Shown here: one piece after another, positions 1 to 8,551 of the stretch
How positions within the stretch are numbered: the first letter of the stretch is position 1
Layout: every line of letters starts with the position of its first letter
Source: Steroidobacteraceae bacterium
GTDB taxonomy: Bacteria > Pseudomonadota > Gammaproteobacteria > Steroidobacterales > Steroidobacteraceae
Direction of reading: 5' to 3'
Length of the DNA: 64,000 nucleotides
NCBI GenBank assembly: GCA_036502265.1
Contig: DASXYW010000016.1
Location: 4,625 to 68,624 of the forward strand
Made by a program: the position numbers and the translations under genes
The notes under the pieces: model-generated
What the model was told of the DNA's origin: nothing
The model's input: the letters and a program-made list of their open reading frames with translations, nothing else
Databases searched by the model: none

Positions 1-425
1 CGGATGCCGGGTGCGACCACCAGGCGATCGAACGACAGCGTGCGGCCGTGCTCGAGCCGCACGCGAGTGCCACTTGCATCCAGACCCAGTGCGCGCTCGT
101 GCACGCGCGCGATTCCGGCAGCGCGTACGCCGGTATCGGACACCAGCAGCGAGGAAAATTCACGCAGCCCGGCGATGACCTCATTGCTCATCGGACAGGT
201 GACATAGCGCTCGACCGGATCCAGCAGCATCACCTCGATCGAGGGCTCGAGCTGACGCAGGCGCAGGGCGCAGGCCGAGCCGGCGAAGCCCGCGCCGATG
301 ACCAGCACGCGCGCGCGAAGGGACGGCCGCGGGGAGCGTCGACGTGGCCCTGCCAATACGGTGCCCGAGGCGCCGACGGCGACGGCGGCCGCGGTGAGTG
401 CCAGACATCGGCGCCGATCGATCAT
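1..425 (-). CDS. Sulfide dehydrogenase flavoprotein, FccB/SoxF-like (N-terminal part; gene runs off the left edge)
   Basis: Not in the ORF track because it is open at the edge. Hand translation of the minus strand from ATG 425 gives MIDRRRCLALTAAAVAVGASG (twin-arginine signal), RVLVIGAGFAGSACALRL (GxGxxG Rossmann fold) and ERYVTCPMSNEVIAG...FDRLVVAPGI. This pattern is typical of flavocytochrome c flavoprotein subunits. The ATG overlaps the stop of the upstream gene (ATGA). Confidence 0.55.
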   Translation of the reverse strand, partial: MIDRRRCLALTAAAVAVGASGTVLAGPRRRSPRPSLRARVLVIGAGFAGSACALRLRQLEPSIEVMLLDPVERYVTCPMSNEVIAGLREFSSLLVSDTGVRAAGIARVHERALGLDASGTRVRLEHGRTLSFDRLVVAPGI

Positions 426-1369
426 TCCCACTCGAGCTGCTGGTACACGCGCGCGACATTGTGCGGGTGAGTGCTGTCCCACAACAGCCAGTCCGACCGT
501 TGATCGGCGGCCACCTGTGCGATCGCGTCCTGCATCGAGCCCCCGTGCGCGAGTTGAGTGCGCACGCCATCGACCAGGGCCTGCAGGTAGCGCTGTTCGG
601 GCGCCAGGGCCGCGGCCAGCTCGTCGGTCGGCGGACCATGACCGGGCACCACGTGCGTGGCCGACTGCTCTCGCAGCTGCGCGATCACATCGAGCCAGCC
701 GCGGGCGCTGCCATCGATCGCGGGCAGGCGTCCGCGAAACAGCAAGTCTCCGGTCCAAAGCGTACGGGTCTGCCGATCGAACACTGTCAGGTCACAGCCG
801 GTGTGGGCCGTCGGCCAGGCCTTAAGCTGCAGCCGGCGGCCGCCCAGATCCAGCTCCAGCGTCGAGGCCACCGCCATATCCGGGCCCACGATTTGCGCTG
901 CCGAGGCCGGCGGATCCAGGTCGGCGCGGTATTGCTGCAGGAAGAACTCACGGCTGCGTGCCATCGCGGCGGCGAGCCCGGCGTGACCGACGAAGTGCGG
1001 ATGATCGGGCTGGAACGCGGCATTGCCGAGCACGTGATCCACGTGCACGTGCGTGTTGATCACATAACATATCGGCAAGCTCGTGTGCTCGCGAACACTG
1101 GCGCGCAAGGCGCGTCCGATGCGAACCGATCCGCCGGTATCGATCACCGCCACGCAGCGCTCACCAACGATGAAGCCGATATTGGCAATGTCGTCGTGAC
1201 CGGGCGCATCCAGCGGCAGCGGCCGCCCGAGGTGCACGTACACCCCTGGCGCCAACGGTTGTACGGTGAAATCGTCGCGGTCGGCGTGAGCCGGCGCGAT
1301 CGCAATCGCAAGGGTCGCGACCAGGGAGCTTAAAGCAGCTGGCCGCAGCGCCGATCCCGGCCGCCTCAA
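422..1369 (-). CDS. Periplasmic MBL-fold zinc metallohydrolase (SoxH-like / 'quinoprotein relay system' type)
   Basis: 315-aa ORF with a signal peptide (LVATLAIAIAPAHA) and the HxHxDH metal motif (NTHVHVDHVLG). It has 4-nt overlaps with both neighbouring genes. Confidence 0.6.
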   Translation of the reverse strand: MRRPGSALRPAALSSLVATLAIAIAPAHADRDDFTVQPLAPGVYVHLGRPLPLDAPGHDDIANIGFIVGERCVAVIDTGGSVRIGRALRASVREHTSLPICYVINTHVHVDHVLGNAAFQPDHPHFVGHAGLAAAMARSREFFLQQYRADLDPPASAAQIVGPDMAVASTLELDLGGRRLQLKAWPTAHTGCDLTVFDRQTRTLWTGDLLFRGRLPAIDGSARGWLDVIAQLREQSATHVVPGHGPPTDELAAALAPEQRYLQALVDGVRTQLAHGGSMQDAIAQVAADQRSDWLLWDSTHPHNVARVYQQLEWE

Positions 1370-2217
1370 CGCGTTCCGCCGCCTCCGCGCGCTGCCGCGG
1401 CCGGCGCGCTGTCGGCGAGCGTTCCGGTCCAGCTGGCGTTGAAGTGCGCATCCTTGGAGTCCACCGCATCGACCACGATTGGCGTGGCTAGCGGCTGATC
1501 GGAGGCGATGCGCAGCGTCGGGTTCTCGCTCAGCGAGATGCCGGTGTCGGCCTCGAGCAGCGTGTGACCCCCGCTGCTGAAGCGGATATGCGATACATAG
1601 TGGGCCGGAATCGGCTCGCCGCTGCGCGGGTCGATCTGAAAGCCGGAATTATTCGGATGCCGGATGCTCAGCGTGACTGCGTGCTCATCGGGCGTGGCGC
1701 GAAAGCGGATGTCACCCAAGGTGCCGGCGGCGGTCGGGCTCGGCGGGGCGGAACAGCCCCCCGCAGCATTGACCCAGGCACTTCGCATCTCGAGCCGGCC
1801 GTCGCTGGATTCGGCGATCGCACGAATCGAGGTGAAGCGGTCCACGCGTACGCGCATGCCAATCTCCGCCACGCGCGCTCCCTCGGCCACGTCGAAGGTA
1901 GCGGCCAGCGGCGAGGGGTTATTGTCGATGATGACCCGGATCTGCTTGATGTGACCGAGGGCCGTTTGCCCGAAACGCAAAGTCAGCGGTGTGGCTGCTG
2001 GATCCGGGGTGTTCTGCGGGGCCTGAAGGCTCATGTAGCTGTCATCCACCTGGCCGATCAGGCGGTCGGAATAGAAGTGTTGCTGCAGGTACTGCCAGGC
2101 GCCAACGGACGGCGTCTGGGTATCGGCCAGGGCCAGCAGCGGAATCAGAAGACCGAGCGCGACCCATCCTCGAGCGGTACGAGGCCTGGGCCGCCAAGCG
2201 GAAGCGAGCGCGATCAC
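1366..2217 (-). CDS. Fused SoxY-SoxZ-like thiol/sulfur carrier protein
   Basis: Track ORF 1366..2313. The SoxY-like half (IRVIIDNNPSPLAA...WVNAAGGCSAPP) carries the GGC carrier-cysteine motif. The SoxZ-like half follows (LSIRHPNNSGFQ...ISLSENP). The preferred start is GTG 2217, preceded by AAGGAG (2223-2228), which gives the signal peptide RPRPRTARGWVALGLLIPLLALA. ATG 2313 is the alternative start. Confidence 0.6.
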   Translation of the reverse strand: MIALASAWRPRPRTARGWVALGLLIPLLALADTQTPSVGAWQYLQQHFYSDRLIGQVDDSYMSLQAPQNTPDPAATPLTLRFGQTALGHIKQIRVIIDNNPSPLAATFDVAEGARVAEIGMRVRVDRFTSIRAIAESSDGRLEMRSAWVNAAGGCSAPPSPTAAGTLGDIRFRATPDEHAVTLSIRHPNNSGFQIDPRSGEPIPAHYVSHIRFSSGGHTLLEADTGISLSENPTLRIASDQPLATPIVVDAVDSKDAHFNASWTGTLADSAPAAAARGGGGTR

Positions 2218-2312
2218 GGCATCTCCTTGGGAGCTTGAGCTGCAGTTGGCATGGTCCAATTCTAACCTTGCCCCTCGGGCGCGCCCGCCTGGGATTAGTA
2301 AACTACGCGTCA

Positions 2313-3545
2313 TCAGTCACTTGCGACAACTTTATCGACCCATTCTATCCAATGCCAGACCGGCACCGAAGTGCCGGTGGCCAGGTGCGAGAGACAGCCG
2401 ATGTTGGAGCTGAGGATCAGCTGCGGCTCACCGTGCAGCAAGTGCTCAAGCTTGCGGTCGCGCAGCTGCCGCGACAGGGTCGGTTGCAGCAACGAGTAAG
2501 TGCCGGCCGAGCCGCAGCACAGGTGCGTCTCATCCGTGTCCTGCTGCTGCGCCCCCAGCGCGCGCAGCATCGGCTCGACCTGATCGCGGATCTTCAGTCC
2601 ATGCTGCAGCGTGCACGGCGTCTGCAGCGCGATCCGGGGTGCCGCCGGCAGGCGCGCGCGCCGCTGAAGAGCAGGCAGCTCCGGCAGCAGAAATTCGCAC
2701 AGCTCGCGCGTCGCCTGGCTCACACGCTCGGCTCTGGCGGCGTACTGTGGATCGGTACGCAGCAAGCGGGCGTACTCGCGCAGCATCAGCGCGCAGCCGG
2801 AGGCGTTGACCACGATGGCCTCGATCTGCCCGGACTGAAGCAGCGGCCACCAAGCATCGATATTGCGCCGGGCGTTGGCGAGCGCTCCGGGCTGATCATC
2901 CAGGTGATGGCGGATCGCTCCGCAGCAGCCGGCGGCATTCACGCGCAGCGTCTGCACAGCAAGGCTATCGAGCACGCGTGCGCTGGCGGCATCGATCGAG
3001 GGCGCCATGGCTGGCTGAGTGCAGCCCTCGAACAACACCACTTTGCGCGCGTGGTTTCGTTGCGGCCAGGGGCCGGCGGCACGGTGCGGCGCCAGCTTGC
3101 TGCGCAGTGCGCCTGGCAGCACCCAGCGCAGCGTGCGGCCGACGGCGTAGGCTGCGCCGAATACTCGACGGTGGGACAAACCTTCGCGCAGCAGCCAGAA
3201 CAGCAGCCGCTGATGCAGAGGCCGGCGCAGCTGCGCCGCTACCACCGCGCGGCCGACGTCGAGCAGTCGCCCGTACTCGACCCCCGAGGGGCAGGTGGTC
3301 TCACAGTTGCGGCAGGTCAGGCAGCGATCCAGGTGCAGCTGGGTGCTGGTGGTGGCCGCGGTGCCCTCGAGCAGCTGCTTGATCTGGTAAATGCGCCCGC
3401 GCGGCCCGTCGAGTTCATCACCGAGCAGCTGGTAGGTGGGACAGGTGGCATTGCAGAATCCGCAGTGAACACAGGCGCGCAGCACGGCCTCGGCTTCATC
3501 ACCTTGGGCGCTGCCCTTGATCCAGGCTGCCAGCCGGGTTTCCAT
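2313..3545 (-). CDS. glcF: Glycolate oxidase iron-sulfur subunit
   Basis: Two ferredoxin-type clusters (CVHCGFCNATCP and CLTCRNCETTCP) plus C-terminal CCG repeats (HLCCGSAG). The start is set at ATG 3545 (METRLAAW...), because the 69 upstream codons of the track ORF overlap glcE. Confidence 0.85.
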   Translation of the reverse strand: METRLAAWIKGSAQGDEAEAVLRACVHCGFCNATCPTYQLLGDELDGPRGRIYQIKQLLEGTAATTSTQLHLDRCLTCRNCETTCPSGVEYGRLLDVGRAVVAAQLRRPLHQRLLFWLLREGLSHRRVFGAAYAVGRTLRWVLPGALRSKLAPHRAAGPWPQRNHARKVVLFEGCTQPAMAPSIDAASARVLDSLAVQTLRVNAAGCCGAIRHHLDDQPGALANARRNIDAWWPLLQSGQIEAIVVNASGCALMLREYARLLRTDPQYAARAERVSQATRELCEFLLPELPALQRRARLPAAPRIALQTPCTLQHGLKIRDQVEPMLRALGAQQQDTDETHLCCGSAGTYSLLQPTLSRQLRDRKLEHLLHGEPQLILSSNIGCLSHLATGTSVPVWHWIEWVDKVVASD

Positions 3546-3552
3546 CGCGGCG

Positions 3553-4614
3553 CTACAGCTCGGCGACCAGCCGGCCAGGATTGAAGATGCCGTGCGGATC
3601 GAGGCGCGTCTTGAGGCGCCGATGCAGCGCCAGCACGGCGCTTGAGAGCGGATGGAAGCGCTGTCCGGCTTGGCCGCCACGCCAGTGCAGCGCGGTGCCG
3701 CCGGCAGCGGCGGCGAGCGCTCGCCAGTGCGCGGCCGGTTGCACGCTGGCATACCAGCGCAGCGCGCCGCCCCATTCGATCAGTGGCGTGGCCACTTCGG
3801 TCAAGGGCGGCGCCGTGCTGGGTAGCGACAGTCGCCACACCGCGGTGCCGGCGCGAAAGAACTCGTGCGTCTGTTCGCGCAGGCTGCGCCACAGCGCGTC
3901 CCCGACCCGCGCTTCGAGTAGCTCGCCGCCCAAACGGGCGCGGGCCGCGCTCACCGCCGCCTGCGCGCCCGACAGTCGCAGCCAGGCCTGGCCGCGCCAC
4001 CAGGCGGTCGCGGAAATCGGCAATGGCTGGCCGGCCCAGCGATTGAAGGATTCCAGCGCCTGCGGCAAGGACAGCTCGAATCGCAGCGTGGCCTGCGCCG
4101 GCGGCAACGGCAGCACCTTGATCGAGACCTGCAGGATCGCACCGAGAATGCCGAGCGAGCCGCACAGCAGACGGGCGATGTCGAAACCGGCCACGTTCTT
4201 GATGACTTTGCCGCCCAGGTGCAGCGGCTCACCGTGCGCCGGCAGTAGCACCGCGCCCAGGACGAAATCGCGCACCGCACCGGCGTGCGCGCGCCGCGGG
4301 CCCGACAGACCCGCGGCCACGACGCCGCCAATCGTGGGGTCACCGCCAAAGCCGGGCGGCTCGAACGCCAGGAACTGGCGCTTGCTCTGCAGCAGGGTCT
4401 CGACCTCGGACAGCGGCGTGCCGCAGCGCGCGGTCAGTACTAGCTCGGATGGCTCGTATTCCACCACGCCGCGATAGCCGCGCATATCGAGCGTCGCGCC
4501 ATCGAGGCGCTCGCCGTAGAAATCCTTGGTGCCCGCACCGCGCAGCCGCAGCGGCGATCTCGCGGCATGCGCCTCGATGATTCGCTGGCGCAGTTCCTGC
4601 AGCGCGGCGTCCAT
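3553..4614 (-). CDS. glcE: Glycolate oxidase FAD-binding subunit
   Basis: 353-aa ORF with an FAD-binding PCMH-type N-terminus (LRLRGAGTKDFYG). It sits between glcD and glcF with 0-7 nt gaps. Confidence 0.85.
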   Translation of the reverse strand: MDAALQELRQRIIEAHAARSPLRLRGAGTKDFYGERLDGATLDMRGYRGVVEYEPSELVLTARCGTPLSEVETLLQSKRQFLAFEPPGFGGDPTIGGVVAAGLSGPRRAHAGAVRDFVLGAVLLPAHGEPLHLGGKVIKNVAGFDIARLLCGSLGILGAILQVSIKVLPLPPAQATLRFELSLPQALESFNRWAGQPLPISATAWWRGQAWLRLSGAQAAVSAARARLGGELLEARVGDALWRSLREQTHEFFRAGTAVWRLSLPSTAPPLTEVATPLIEWGGALRWYASVQPAAHWRALAAAAGGTALHWRGGQAGQRFHPLSSAVLALHRRLKTRLDPHGIFNPGRLVAEL

Positions 4615-6135
4615 CTAGAAGCGCGGAATCTCGGGGTGGGCGATCTGACCGTGGCGCACGTGCATGCGACCGTATTCGGCACAGCGCGCCAGCGTCGGAA
4701 TGGCCTTGCCGGGATTGAGCAGTCCGGGCGGATCGAACGCGCGCTTGACCGCGAAAAAGGCGGCGCGCTCGGCCGCTGAAAACTGCACGCACATCGAGTT
4801 GAGCTTCTCGAGGCCGACGCCGTGCTCGCCGGTGATGGTGCCGCCAAGCCGCACGCACAGCTCCAGGATATCGGCCCCGAAGCGATCGGCACGCTCCCAT
4901 TCCCCGGTGCGGTTGGCGTCGAACAGCACCAGAGGGTGCAGATTACCGTCGCCGGCATGAAATACGTTCATGCACTTGAGGCCGTGTTGCTGCTCCATCT
5001 GCTCGATCGCCTTGAGCATGTGCCCCAGGCTCTTGCGCGGAATGGTGCCGTCCATGCAGTAGTAATCGGGCGAGATGCGGCCGGCGGCGGGAAACGCATT
5101 CTTGCGTCCGGACCAGAATCGCAGGCGCTCGGCCTCGGAGGCGGACACGGCCAGGGCGGTGGCGCCGGACGATCGGAGCACTTGCTCGATGGCGGCGATT
5201 TCCTCCGCCACCTCCTCGGTGGTGCCGTCCGACTCGGCCAGCAGGATCGCCTCGGCGGCCAGGTCGTAGCCGGCCTTGACGAACGGCTCGACCGCCTGGC
5301 TTGCCTTGCGGTCCATCATTTCCAGTCCGGCAGGGATGATGCCGGCGGCGATGATGGCGGCGACCGCATCGCCGGCCTTGCCGACGTCGTCGAACGAGGC
5401 CATGACCACCCGCGCCAGCTCTGGCTTGGGCAGCAGCTTGAGAAGGACCTCGGTCACCACCAGCAGCAGGCCCTCCGATCCGATGCAGAGGGCCAGCAGA
5501 TCCAGGCCGGGGGTGTCCAGCGCGCGGCCGCCCAGCTCGATGCGCTCGCCGTCGATGGTGTAGCCGCGCACGCCGAGCACGTTGTGCAGCGTCAGGCCGT
5601 ACTTCAGACAGTGCACGCCGCCGGAGTTTTCCGCTACGTTGCCGCCGATGCTGCAGGCAATTTGCGATGACGGGTCGGGCGCGTAGAACAGGCCGTGCGC
5701 GGCCGCGGCCTCCGAAACCCGCAGGTTTCGCACACCCGGCTGCACTCGCGCCACGCGCGCGGCGCTATCAATCTCGACGATGCGATCGAAGCGCGCCAGC
5801 GACAGCAGCACGCCGGCCGCGTGCGGGGTGGCACCGCCAGACAGACCGGTACCGGCCCCGCGCGCCACCACCGGCACCTCGAGCCGATGGCATTCGCGCA
5901 GCACCGCGCTGACTTCGTCCTCGGTACGCGGCAACGCCACCAGCAGTGGCGGTTGACGAAATACCGCCAGGCCGTCGCATTCGTAGGCTTTAAGGTCCTC
6001 GTCGCGGGTCAGCAGCGCATCGGCCGGCAGCCATGCGCGCAGGGCGCTGGCCACCGCTGCGCGCCGGCCCGGCGGCGGCGCCTGCGAGGCTTCGCTGAAA
6101 CGCGATTCGTCGACCGCCAGCTCGCTCGGAGTCAT
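4615..6135 (-). CDS. glcD: Glycolate oxidase subunit GlcD (FAD-linked oxidase)
   Basis: 506-aa ORF with FAD_binding_4 / FAD-oxidase_C family sequence (VVARGAGTGLSGGATP...GTITGEHGVGLEK). It is the first gene of the glcDEF run. Confidence 0.9.
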   Translation of the reverse strand: MTPSELAVDESRFSEASQAPPPGRRAAVASALRAWLPADALLTRDEDLKAYECDGLAVFRQPPLLVALPRTEDEVSAVLRECHRLEVPVVARGAGTGLSGGATPHAAGVLLSLARFDRIVEIDSAARVARVQPGVRNLRVSEAAAAHGLFYAPDPSSQIACSIGGNVAENSGGVHCLKYGLTLHNVLGVRGYTIDGERIELGGRALDTPGLDLLALCIGSEGLLLVVTEVLLKLLPKPELARVVMASFDDVGKAGDAVAAIIAAGIIPAGLEMMDRKASQAVEPFVKAGYDLAAEAILLAESDGTTEEVAEEIAAIEQVLRSSGATALAVSASEAERLRFWSGRKNAFPAAGRISPDYYCMDGTIPRKSLGHMLKAIEQMEQQHGLKCMNVFHAGDGNLHPLVLFDANRTGEWERADRFGADILELCVRLGGTITGEHGVGLEKLNSMCVQFSAAERAAFFAVKRAFDPPGLLNPGKAIPTLARCAEYGRMHVRHGQIAHPEIPRF

Positions 6136-6176
6136 GGCGCATCATGAAGCGCGCGCCAGCGCCGATCAATTGGCCG

Positions 6177-6935
6177 TCAGCGCGAAGTACCGTCGGACGT
6201 GGCCGCTGCGCTCCAGCGCGCGCGAAACGCCGCCAGCTCCTCGCGGCCCAGATCCGAGACCATCACCGCCGTGAAATCTCCCGCCGCGACGGGCAGCACG
6301 TGATAGCCGTCCAGCGTGGCCGCTCGCGTCGGCGGATTGCGCAACGCGCCGCGCGGCCACAGGTAGACGGTGATACGGTGATTGCCGTGCTGGTAGAGCA
6401 GGGCCCCGACCGGGATCCGTGCCACGTAGTCCACGCGTCCGCCCAGCAGCACATCTCCCAGCGTGCTCAGTTCCGGCACCGGTGGTGAGAAGGGCAGGCG
6501 TCCCGACAGCCATGGTTTGACGGTGTGGTGATCCGAGGAGACCACCTCCACCGGATTCGCACTCAGCACTGCCCGCACCGAGGCGTCGACCAGTTCGGCG
6601 TCCAGATCCGGCGGGCCGCGCAGCGTATGTCCGAACAGGAATCCAGCCAGCACCAGCACCACGCCGGCGGCAAGGCTCCCGAGCCACGGCGATCGTGCCA
6701 GCCTCGGGCGGATGCGTTGGCGCAGCTGCCGACTGATGCGCGCGCCAAGCGTGGCCGGCAGCGGATAGGGCCGGACCGCAGCCTTGACCTGCGCGAGCAG
6801 CGCGCGTCGTGCGATGAGGCCGGCACGGCAGTCATCGCACTCGCGCCGATGCGCCTCGAGCGCGAGCGTGGCGGCCGCGTCGAGCTCGTTGTCGAGGTAG
6901 GCATCCCACAGCGCGTGCGCCTGCTCGTGGTTCAT
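6177..6935 (-). CDS. Zinc-binding (ZAS) anti-sigma factor, single-pass membrane protein
   Basis: N-terminal HxxxCxxC motif (HRRECDDC) and one TM segment (WLGSLAAGVVLVLAGFLFG). It has a 4-nt overlap with the upstream ECF sigma gene. Confidence 0.7.
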   Translation of the reverse strand: MNHEQAHALWDAYLDNELDAAATLALEAHRRECDDCRAGLIARRALLAQVKAAVRPYPLPATLGARISRQLRQRIRPRLARSPWLGSLAAGVVLVLAGFLFGHTLRGPPDLDAELVDASVRAVLSANPVEVVSSDHHTVKPWLSGRLPFSPPVPELSTLGDVLLGGRVDYVARIPVGALLYQHGNHRITVYLWPRGALRNPPTRAATLDGYHVLPVAAGDFTAVMVSDLGREELAAFRARWSAAATSDGTSR

Positions 6936-7462
6936 GTGGCTGCCTCAGTGGTAGGCCGCAGCATCCTCGAGAGTTGATCGCGCGCCCGCGATAACCGCGA
7001 CATCACGGTGCCGATCGGAGTGTCGAGGATGCTGGCAATCTGCCGGTAAGAGAGGTGTTCGAACTCGCGCAGAATCAGCACCTCGCGCTGTTCCAGCGAC
7101 AGCTGCCCGATCGCCTGGCGCAGCTGCGTGGCGGCCGTCTGGGCCGCGACCGTCGCCACCGGATCATCGGCGGCCGGAAGCTGCTCGAGCTCAGAATCGG
7201 GCACCAGCGTAAGGCTTGCCGGCCGGTTGCGCTCGAGCCAGCTGTGCGCCGCGTTGCGCACGATCTGCAGCAGCCAGGCGCGGGCATCGCCGCCCCGATA
7301 GCTGTCGAAATACTGCAAAGCGCGCATTACCGCCTCCTGCACCACGTCGGCCGCGTCCGCCTCCTGGCGGCAAATCCAGCGCGCGAGATTGTAGGCCGCC
7401 GCCAGGTGTGGCAAGGCCACGGCTTCGAACCGTCGTGTGCGCGCCGCATCGCCTTCCGGCAT
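6932..7462 (-). CDS. ECF-family RNA polymerase sigma-70 factor
   Basis: 176 aa. Region 2 (DVVQEAVMRALQYFDSY) and a region 4 HTH (LSYRQIASILDTPIGTVMSRLSRAR) are present. Confidence 0.85.
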   Translation of the reverse strand: MPEGDAARTRRFEAVALPHLAAAYNLARWICRQEADAADVVQEAVMRALQYFDSYRGGDARAWLLQIVRNAAHSWLERNRPASLTLVPDSELEQLPAADDPVATVAAQTAATQLRQAIGQLSLEQREVLILREFEHLSYRQIASILDTPIGTVMSRLSRARDQLSRMLRPTTEAAT

Positions 7463-7481
7463 CGATCCAGGCTCCTGTTGT

Positions 7482-7510
7482 GTAGACCGTCCCGCGAGCC
7501 GGTTTATTCC
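7482..7510 (-). promoter_or_regulatory. Candidate ECF-type promoter of the sigma/anti-sigma operon (GGAATAA-N16-GTCTAC)
   Basis: Minus strand reads GGAATAA (7510..7504), a 16-nt spacer, then GTCTAC (7487..7482). This lies about 20 nt upstream of the AGGAG RBS and ATG 7462. The same motif and spacing occur on the opposite strand. Confidence 0.4.
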
Positions 7511-7546
7511 AGCCGCGCCAAGCCTGAATGATACCCATGGCGGCCG

Positions 7547-7575
7547 GGAATAAAGTCACGCCAGCGCCAGTCTCC
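7547..7575 (+). promoter_or_regulatory. Candidate ECF-type promoter of the metallophosphoesterase-cupredoxin operon (GGAATAA-N16-GTCTCC)
   Basis: Plus strand reads GGAATAA (7547..7553), a 16-nt spacer, then GTCTCC (7570..7575). This lies about 35 nt upstream of ATG 7609. It mirrors the minus-strand element. Confidence 0.4.
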
Positions 7576-7608
7576 TCGGTGCTAGCCACTTTTATTGAGG
7601 AGATCGAT

Positions 7609-8544
7609 ATGTCGGCACCCGAATCAGGGCTTCTATCGCGCCGGCGCGCGCTTCGATGTCTGGCCTACGGCGGGGCCGGAACGCTGTTCAGTCTCTCAGG
7701 CGGGGTACTCACGCCATTTGATCTGGCCTCGGCCGCCGAGGCGGGCTCGGCCGCCGGCCTGCCGCTGTTCGTGCAGCTCAGCGATTCGCATATTGGTTTC
7801 AACAAGGAGGCCAATCCCGACGTGGCCGGAACCTTGGGCCAGGCCATCCATCTGGTCAATGCGTTGCCGGCGCAACCCGACCTGGTGCTGCATACCGGCG
7901 ATATCACCCATCTGTCGCGGGCCGAGGAATTCGACACCGCGGCGCAGCTGCTGGGGCAGCTGCGAGTGACCGAACTGCACACCACGCCCGGGGAGCACGA
8001 CGTCGCCGATGCCGACGTGAGCGAATATTTCAAGCGCTATGGCAAGCCCTCGGCGCAGCGCGGCTACTACAGCTTCGATCATCGCGGTGTGCACTTCGTG
8101 GCGCTGATCAACGTGCTCAATTTCAAGGCCAATGGGCTCGGAGCACTCGGACAGCCGCAACTCGAATGGCTGGAGGCGGATCTCAAGCATCGTTCTGCCA
8201 GTACCCCGATCGTGGTGTTTGCCCACATGCCGCTCTGGAACATCTACGAGCCGTGGGGCTGGGGCACGTCCGATGCCGATCAGGCCATCGGCTATCTGCG
8301 CCGATTCGGCTCAGTGACCGTGCTCAATGGCCACATCCACCAGATCGTGCAGAAGGTCGAGGGCAACATCACTTTTCACACTGCGCGATCATCGGCCTAT
8401 CCGCAGCCGCTGGCCGGTGAGGGCCCCGGTCCGGGACCGCTCACCGTGCCGGCAGATCGCCTGGCCTCGATGCTGGGCGTCAGCAGCGTGACCCGGCAAC
8501 GTCATCCGAGCGCACTGGCTATTACTGATCGCACCCTGGCCTGA
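7609..8544 (+). CDS. Tat-exported metallophosphoesterase (calcineurin-like)
   Basis: Start ATG 7609 sits behind GAGGAG. Twin-arginine signal LSRRRALRCLAYGGAG. Metallophosphoesterase motifs are present: QLSDSHIG, HTGDITH, GEHD, FAHMP and NGHIH. Confidence 0.75.
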   Translation: MSAPESGLLSRRRALRCLAYGGAGTLFSLSGGVLTPFDLASAAEAGSAAGLPLFVQLSDSHIGFNKEANPDVAGTLGQAIHLVNALPAQPDLVLHTGDITHLSRAEEFDTAAQLLGQLRVTELHTTPGEHDVADADVSEYFKRYGKPSAQRGYYSFDHRGVHFVALINVLNFKANGLGALGQPQLEWLEADLKHRSASTPIVVFAHMPLWNIYEPWGWGTSDADQAIGYLRRFGSVTVLNGHIHQIVQKVEGNITFHTARSSAYPQPLAGEGPGPGPLTVPADRLASMLGVSSVTRQRHPSALAITDRTLA

Positions 8545-8551
8545 AGGAGCA

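Noticed and set aside
2218-2313. ATG 2313 (overlapping the glcF stop) as the start of the SoxYZ-like gene, which would make glcDEF and the Sox-like genes one coupled operon.
   Set aside because: GTG 2217 has a strong AAGGAG Shine-Dalgarno sequence at the correct spacing and places the signal peptide at the N-terminus. The 32 extra residues from ATG 2313 look non-functional. Co-transcription is still possible.
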